A DNA stretch of 10,921 bases from UHGV virus genome UHGV-0414405. The stretch is one strand, 5' to 3'. Positions within the stretch are counted from its first letter, which is position 1. Each line of letters starts with the position of its first letter. Origin of the DNA: a virus. The position numbers and the translations under genes are program-made. Under the pieces are notes generated by a model. That model was not told the origin of the DNA and did no database searches. It saw only the letters and a list, made by a program, of their open reading frames with translations. Below are positions 6,126 through 10,921 of this stretch, piece after piece.

Positions 6126-6635
6126 ATGTTTGATTATAAGATTTCCAAACACCCGCATTTTGATGAAGCCTGTAGAGCTTTTGCACTTCGTCACAATATG
6201 GCGAAGCTGGCAGAACGTGCAGGAATGAATGTCCAGACTTTGCGAAACAAACTCAACCCAGATCAACCGCATCAGCTAAATGCGCCAGAAATCTGGCTGC
6301 TTACCGATCTGACTGAAGATTCAACGCTGATAGATGGTTTTCTGGCACAGATTCACTGCCTGCCATGTGTACCGATTAATGAGGTAGCAAAAGAGAAACT
6401 GCCGCATTACGTCATGAGTGCAACCGCAGAGATCGGGCGTGTTGCTGCAGGTGCGGTATCTGGCGATGTAAAAACCAGTGCAGGTCGTCGTGATGCCATC
6501 AGCAGCATTAACTCTGTAACACGACTGATGGCGCTGGCTGCTGTTTCATTGCAGGCCCGTTTACAGGCTAACCCTGCGATGGCGAGTGCAGTTGATACCA
6601 TGACTGGCCTCGGTGCTTCATTCGGTTTGCTGTGA
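6126..6635 (+). CDS. cII: Phage 186 CII-like transcriptional activator (169 aa)
   Basis: ATG at 6126 is preceded by AAGGGG. Translation MFDYKISKHPHFDEACRAFALRHNMAKLAERAGMNVQTLRNKLNPDQPH... closely resembles my recollection of 186 CII in sequence, length and position (second gene of the early operon). Confidence 0.8.
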   Translation: MFDYKISKHPHFDEACRAFALRHNMAKLAERAGMNVQTLRNKLNPDQPHQLNAPEIWLLTDLTEDSTLIDGFLAQIHCLPCVPINEVAKEKLPHYVMSATAEIGRVAAGAVSGDVKTSAGRRDAISSINSVTRLMALAAVSLQARLQANPAMASAVDTMTGLGASFGLL

Positions 6636-6642
6636 GGTGCTT

Positions 6643-6843
6643 ATGCTGACGAAAGAACCATCATTTGCATCGCTGCTGGTAAAACAAAGCCCGGCAATGC
6701 ACTACGGTCACGGCTGGATAATGGGTAAGGATGGTAAACGCTGGCATCCGTGCCGTTCACAAGATGAATTGCTGGCAGAACTATCAACGAAAAAACGGGG
6801 GAACAAATGGCTATTGAAGGCGCTGCGGCGACTGTTCCATTAA
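6643..6843 (+). CDS. Small hypothetical early protein (66 aa), positional equivalent of the 186 fil / P2 orf78 slot
   Basis: ATG at 6643 is preceded by GAGGTG (6634-6639), just after the cII stop. The track ORF 6613..6843 starts at an upstream GTG without an RBS. Basic C-terminus. No recognisable motif. Confidence 0.4.
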   Translation: MLTKEPSFASLLVKQSPAMHYGHGWIMGKDGKRWHPCRSQDELLAELSTKKRGNKWLLKALRRLFH

Positions 6844-7148
6844 GCCCCGGTGAACGCCTGAATGGACTTAATCACATTGCGGAGTTAAGGGCGAAAGTAT
6901 TTGGCCTGAATATTGAGTCAGAGCTTGAGCGGTTTATTAAAGATATGCGTGATCCACGGGATATCAATAACGAAAAAAATAAACGAGCACTGGCTGCCAT
7001 ATTCTTTATGGCAAAAATTCCAGCTGAACGTCATAGCATCAGCATTAATGAGCTGACCACTGACGAAAAGCGGGAGTTGATTAAAGCAATGAATCATTTT
7101 CGTGCAGTGGTGAGCTTATTTCCCAGACGGCTAACCATGCCGAATTAA
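6807..7148 (+). CDS. Hypothetical early-operon protein (113 aa)
   Basis: ATG at 6807 is preceded by GGGGGA (6796-6802). Overlaps the previous ORF by 37 nt in another frame. Codon usage matches the backbone. No motif assigned. Confidence 0.5.
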   Translation: MAIEGAAATVPLSPGERLNGLNHIAELRAKVFGLNIESELERFIKDMRDPRDINNEKNKRALAAIFFMAKIPAERHSISINELTTDEKRELIKAMNHFRAVVSLFPRRLTMPN

Positions 7149-7215
7149 CCAACTAATGAAATTAATGGCGTAAACCCGCCGGGCATCCCTTTATCTAAAT
7201 TCAGGAGAATTGATT

Positions 7216-7449
7216 ATGCGTAATATTGAAACCCTCACGACTAAAACCGGACCGGATGATGCATGGCTTAATATTTTACTGACAGAGGCTCGTCTGGAAG
7301 AACGCCGGGCAAGGGCTGAAGCAATGGCAGCTCGCCTTGATAGCCTGGCGTGTCATATCTCATCCCGCCAGCTAAACCACGTCGAAGCAGCAGAACTGCT
7401 GCGTGTGACCGCTGAAGCAATCCAGAACGAAGCGCAGGAGATCCACTAA
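7216..7449 (+). CDS. Hypothetical early-operon protein (77 aa)
   Basis: ATG at 7216 is preceded by AGGAGA (7203-7208). The track start at 7210 is a TTG two codons upstream. Its stop overlaps the next start (TAATG at 7447-7451). Confidence 0.45.
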   Translation: MRNIETLTTKTGPDDAWLNILLTEARLEERRARAEAMAARLDSLACHISSRQLNHVEAAELLRVTAEAIQNEAQEIH

Positions 7450-7673
7450 TGGCTGATGCAATGGATCTCGTACAGCAGCGCGTTGAAGAAGAACGCCAGC
7501 GCCACATTGCTGCCCGTGCCAAAACACCAGGCGTGTCTCGCGTGCTTTGCATTGAGTGTGAAGCGCCAATTCCGCCAGCACGCCGCCGCGCCATTCCGGG
7601 AGTGCAGCTTTGCATTACCTGTCAGGAAATCGCAGAGCTGAAAGGTAAACATTACAACGGAGGCGCTGTATGA
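7449..7673 (+). CDS. TraR/DksA-family C4 zinc-finger protein (74 aa)
   Basis: Translation ...VLCIECEAPIPPARRRAIPGVQLCITCQE... has the C-x2-C-x17-C-x2-C pattern typical of phage TraR/DksA-like zinc fingers. Translationally coupled to the neighbours on both sides. Confidence 0.75.
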   Translation: MADAMDLVQQRVEEERQRHIAARAKTPGVSRVLCIECEAPIPPARRRAIPGVQLCITCQEIAELKGKHYNGGAV

Positions 7674-8527
7674 GCACCATCCTGAAATGGGCGGGTAATA
7701 AAACCGCCATTATGTCCGAACTGAAAAAACACCTTCCTGCTGGCCCGCGACTGGTTGAACCTTTCGCGGGTTCTTGTGCTGTGATGATGGAGACGGATTA
7801 CCCCAGCTATTTGGTTGCGGATATTAATCCTGATTTAATCAACCTCTATAAAAAGGTTGCCGCTGATTGTGAATCGTTTATATCTCGCGCCAGGGTTTTA
7901 TTTGAGATCGCAAACAGGGAGGTGGCTTATTACAACATAAGGCAGGAGTTTAATTACTCCACTGAAATTACTGATTTCATGAAAGCGGTATATTTCCTGT
8001 ATCTCAATCGTCACGGTTACCGTGGTTTATGTCGCTATAACAAGAGCGGGCATTTCAACATTCCCTACGGTAATTATAAAAATCCGTATTTCCCTGAAAA
8101 AGAACTTCGCACATTTGCAGAAAAAGCCCAGCGAGCAACGTTTGTCTGCGCCAGCTTTGATGAAACGCTGGCGATGTTGAAGGCGGGGGATGTGGTGTAT
8201 TGCGATCCGCCGTATGACGGTACGTTTTCCGGCTATCACACTGATGGTTTCACTGAAGATGACCAGTATCACCTGGCATCCGTTCTTGAACATCGGTCAT
8301 CAGAAGGACATCCGGTCATTGTTTCTAACAGTGACACATCCCTGATCCGTTCGCTGTATCGCAATTTTACTCACCACTACATCAAGGCAAAACGCAGCAT
8401 CGGCGTAGCAGCTGGTGAGAGTAAATCTGCAACAGAAATCATCGCTGTTTCCGGGCCGCGCTGCTGGGTGGGATTTGATCCTTCGCGTGGCGTGGATAGT
8501 TCTGCCGTGTACGGAGTGCGTGCATGA
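7670..8527 (+). CDS. dam: DNA N6-adenine methyltransferase, Dam family (285 aa)
   Basis: N-terminal KWAGNK motif, AdoMet-binding EPFAGSCAV (FxGxxG), and catalytic DPPY in [15 protein letters not shown] 7670 overlaps the upstream stop (ATGA) and is preceded by ACGGAGG. GATC specificity is inferred from the family. Confidence 0.9.
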   Translation: MSTILKWAGNKTAIMSELKKHLPAGPRLVEPFAGSCAVMMETDYPSYLVADINPDLINLYKKVAADCESFISRARVLFEIANREVAYYNIRQEFNYSTEITDFMKAVYFLYLNRHGYRGLCRYNKSGHFNIPYGNYKNPYFPEKELRTFAEKAQRATFVCASFDETLAMLKAGDVVYCDPPYDGTFSGYHTDGFTEDDQYHLASVLEHRSSEGHPVIVSNSDTSLIRSLYRNFTHHYIKAKRSIGVAAGESKSATEIIAVSGPRCWVGFDPSRGVDSSAVYGVRA

Positions 8528-10921
8528 GCCATGCTGATATGAACAACTGTAGCGGCTTTAACGAGGCCGCCGCAGCATTCTCATGGAACAGCCCGAAAAA
8601 GGCTATTAACCCTTATCTGGACCCGGCGGAAGTTGCGCCGGTTTCTGCGCTTTCAAACCTGATCACTCTGTACGCTGCCGATAACGAGCAGGAACAACTG
8701 CGCCGCGAGGCACTGAGTGATCAGGTCTGGGAGCGTTATTTCTTTAATGCATCCCGTGATCCTGTCCAACGCGAAATGGAGCAGGATAAGCTCATTAGCC
8801 GGGCAAAGCTGGCGCATGAGCAGCAGCGTTTTAATCCGGACATGGTCATACTGGCGGACGTTAACGCCCAGCCTTCCCATATCAGCAAGCCGCTGATGCA
8901 ACGTATTGAATACTTCAGCAGCCTGGGCAGGCCAAAGGCTTATTCCCGCTATTTGCGTGAGACGATTAAGCCATGTCTGGAACGACTGGAGCATGTACGC
9001 GACAGTCAGCTATCCACTTCTTTTCGCTTTATGGCAAGCCATGAAGGGCTGGACGGCCTGCTGATCTTGCCTGAAATGAGTCAGGATCAGGTGAAACGCC
9101 TGTCTACTCTTGTCGCTGCGCATATGAGTATGTGTCTTGATGCCGCTTGTGGTGATTTGTACGCCACCGATGATGTTAAGCCAGAAGAAATCCGCAAGAC
9201 ATGGGAAAAGGTGGCAGCAGAAACCCTGCGACTGGATGTCATACCGCCTGCGTTTGAGCAACTCCGCCGGAAAAGAAACCGCCGTAAACCCGTGCCCTAT
9301 GAACTCATTCCGGGTTCGCTGGCGCGTATGTTGTGCGCCGATTGGTGGTACCGTAAATTATGGAAGATGCGTTGCGAATGGCGGGAAGAGCAGTTGCGTG
9401 CTGTTTGCCTGGTCAGCAAAAAAGCATCTCCCTATGTCAGCTATGAAGCCGTGATGCATAAACGTGAGCAGCGCCGTAAGTCGCTGGAGTTTTTCCGTTC
9501 TCATGAACTGGTGAACGAAGACGGCGACACGCTGGACATGGAGGATGTGGTAAACGCCAGCAGCAGCAACCCTGCGCATCGCCGCAATGAGATGATGGCC
9601 TGTGTTAAAGGTCTGGAGCTTATCGCGGAAATGCGCGGTGACTGCGCCGTTTTCTACACCATCACCTGTCCGTCACGTTTCCATTCCACGCTAAATAACG
9701 GCAGGCCCAACCCGACCTGGACAAACGCGACGGTAAGACAAAGCAGTAATTATCTGGTCGGCATGTTTGCTGCATTTCGTAAGGCGATGCACAAAGCCGG
9801 GTTGCGCTGGTATGGCGTGCGGGTGGCTGAGCCGCATCATGACGGCACAGTTCACTGGCACCTGTTGTGTTTCATGCGCAAAAAAGACCGCCGCGCCATT
9901 ACTGCATTGTTGCGTAAGTTTGCTATCCGTGAAGACCGCGAGGAGCTGGGTAATAACACGGGGCCACGCTTTAAGTCTGAGCTGATAAACCCGTGCAAAG
10001 GAACGCCGACTAGCTACATCGCGAAATACATCAGTAAGAACATTGACGGGCGTGGTCTGGCTGGCGAGATCAGCAAGGAAACGGGTAAATCTCTGCGTGA
10101 TAACGCTGAATACGTTAATGCCTGGGCGTCTCTGCATCGTGTTCAGCAATTCCGCTTCTTTGGCATTCCGGGGCGTCAGGCTTACCGTGAACTGCGATTG
10201 CTGGCTGGTCAGGTGGCAAGGCTACAGGGTGACAAAAAAGCAGGTGCGCCGGTACTGGATAACCCGCGCCTTGATGCCATTCTGGCTGCAGCTGATGCTG
10301 GTTGTTTTGCCACCTACATCATGAAGCAGGGCGGCGTACTGGTTCCCCGTAAATATCACCTCATCAGAACCGCTTATGAAATCAACGAAGAGCCGACCGC
10401 CTATGGCGATCACGGCATTCGTATTTATGGCATCTGGTCACCCATTGCAGAGGGCAAAATCTGCACTCATGCAGTGAAGTGGAAAATGGTTCGTAAGGCC
10501 GTTGACGTTCAGGAGGCGGCAGCCGACCAGGGCGCTTGCGCCCCTTGGACTCGTGGCAATAACTATCCCCTTGCTGAAAATTTGAACCAACAAGGGAAAG
10601 ATAAATCAGCTGATGGGGATACCAGGACGGACATTACCCGCATGGATGACAAGGAGTTGCACGATTACCTGCACAGTATGAGCAAAAAAGAGCGCCGGGA
10701 ACTGGCTGCAAGGTTACGCCTGGTGAAACCGAAACGGCGTAAAGACTACAAACAGCGAATTACAGACCATCAGCGACAGCAGCTCGTCTATGAACTGAAG
10801 TCAAGAGGATTTGATGGCAGCGAGAAAGAGGTCGATCTGCTCCTTCGCGGTGGCAGTATTCCGTCAGGAGCAGGCCTGCGTATCTTCTATCGGAACCAGC
10901 GTTTGCAGGAAGATGATAAGT
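8524..10921 (+). CDS. A: Replication initiation protein A (gpA-like rolling-circle nickase), 3' end outside the window
   Basis: ATG 8524 overlaps the dam stop (ATGA). Frame 1 is open for 799 codons to the window end (hand translation, no stop found). Contains a HUH-type motif [10 protein letters not shown] (~9850-9880) and a Tyr-x3-Tyr active-site-like motif [10 protein letters not shown] (~10010-10040), as in P2 A. Confidence 0.9.
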   Translation, partial: MSHADMNNCSGFNEAAAAFSWNSPKKAINPYLDPAEVAPVSALSNLITLYAADNEQEQLRREALSDQVWERYFFNASRDPVQREMEQDKLISRAKLAHEQQRFNPDMVILADVNAQPSHISKPLMQRIEYFSSLGRPKAYSRYLRETIKPCLERLEHVRDSQLSTSFRFMASHEGLDGLLILPEMSQDQVKRLSTLVAAHMSMCLDAACGDLYATDDVKPEEIRKTWEKVAAETLRLDVIPPAFEQLRRKRNRRKPVPYELIPGSLARMLCADWWYRKLWKMRCEWREEQLRAVCLVSKKASPYVSYEAVMHKREQRRKSLEFFRSHELVNEDGDTLDMEDVVNASSSNPAHRRNEMMACVKGLELIAEMRGDCAVFYTITCPSRFHSTLNNGRPNPTWTNATVRQSSNYLVGMFAAFRKAMHKAGLRWYGVRVAEPHHDGTVHWHLLCFMRKKDRRAITALLRKFAIREDREELGNNTGPRFKSELINPCKGTPTSYIAKYISKNIDGRGLAGEISKETGKSLRDNAEYVNAWASLHRVQQFRFFGIPGRQAYRELRLLAGQVARLQGDKKAGAPVLDNPRLDAILAAADAGCFATYIMKQGGVLVPRKYHLIRTAYEINEEPTAYGDHGIRIYGIWSPIAEGKICTHAVKWKMVRKAVDVQEAAADQGACAPWTRGNNYPLAENLNQQGKDKSADGDTRTDITRMDDKELHDYLHSMSKKERRELAARLRLVKPKRRKDYKQRITDHQRQQLVYELKSRGFDGSEKEVDLLLRGGSIPSGAGLRIFYRNQRLQEDDK

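Larger units (their letters stand above)
1..10921. mobile_element. Segment of a P2/186-family temperate phage or prophage spanning tail-end genes, attP, the lysogeny switch and the start of the replication module
   Basis: Gene content and order: U-D-ogr, att core, int-cI divergent from apl-cII-...-dam-A. Translational coupling runs through the early operon. Two AT-rich cargo insertions flank the att core. Confidence 0.85.

Noticed and set aside
6407-6601. ORF 6407..6601 (-, 64 aa)
   Set aside because: Antisense within the cII-like gene. Spurious.
7268-7652. ORFs 7268..7615 (-), 7372..7581 (-), 7446..7652 (-) and 7456..7641 (+)
   Set aside because: They overlap the small early genes and the zinc-finger gene in alternative frames. 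They are Arg/Ala-rich shadow frames without RBS and are incompatible with the tightly coupled + strand operon.
8027-8293. ORF 8027..8293 (-, 88 aa)
   Set aside because: Antisense inside the Dam methyltransferase gene.
8653-10413. Eight short ORFs on both strands between 8653 and 10413
   Set aside because: All lie inside the continuous gpA reading frame (frame 1, open 8524 to the window end) in other frames or antisense. None has convincing start signals.
1-10921. CRISPR arrays, transposase or IS elements, tRNA or rRNA genes
   Set aside because: No regularly spaced repeat-spacer structure, no IS-like terminal inverted repeats with a transposase ORF, and no cloverleaf-sized conserved RNA gene apart from the ssrA tail fragment were seen.

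Overview
This window reads as a contiguous segment of a P2/186-family temperate phage (or prophage), with a normal ~50% GC backbone and two AT-rich cargo insertions flanking the attachment site. Order on the + strand: the 3' end of tail gene U, tail gene D, the late activator ogr, then a retron-like module (structured non-coding stretch, small membrane ORF, compact reverse transcriptase). Next comes a ~45-nt copy of the 3' end of ssrA (tmRNA) with a terminator hairpin, which I take to be the attP core. On the minus strand follow an AT-rich membrane-protein gene, a tyrosine integrase and a CI-type repressor. The + strand then resumes with a Cox/Apl-like gene, a 186-CII-like gene, three small ORFs, a TraR/DksA zinc-finger gene, a Dam-type adenine methyltransferase and the 5' ~2.4 kb of replication gene A, which runs off the window. 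The most interesting elements are the two att-flanking morons: the retron-like RT module and the membrane protein downstream of int. All family assignments rest on motifs read by eye, synteny and recalled sequences; no database search was run.
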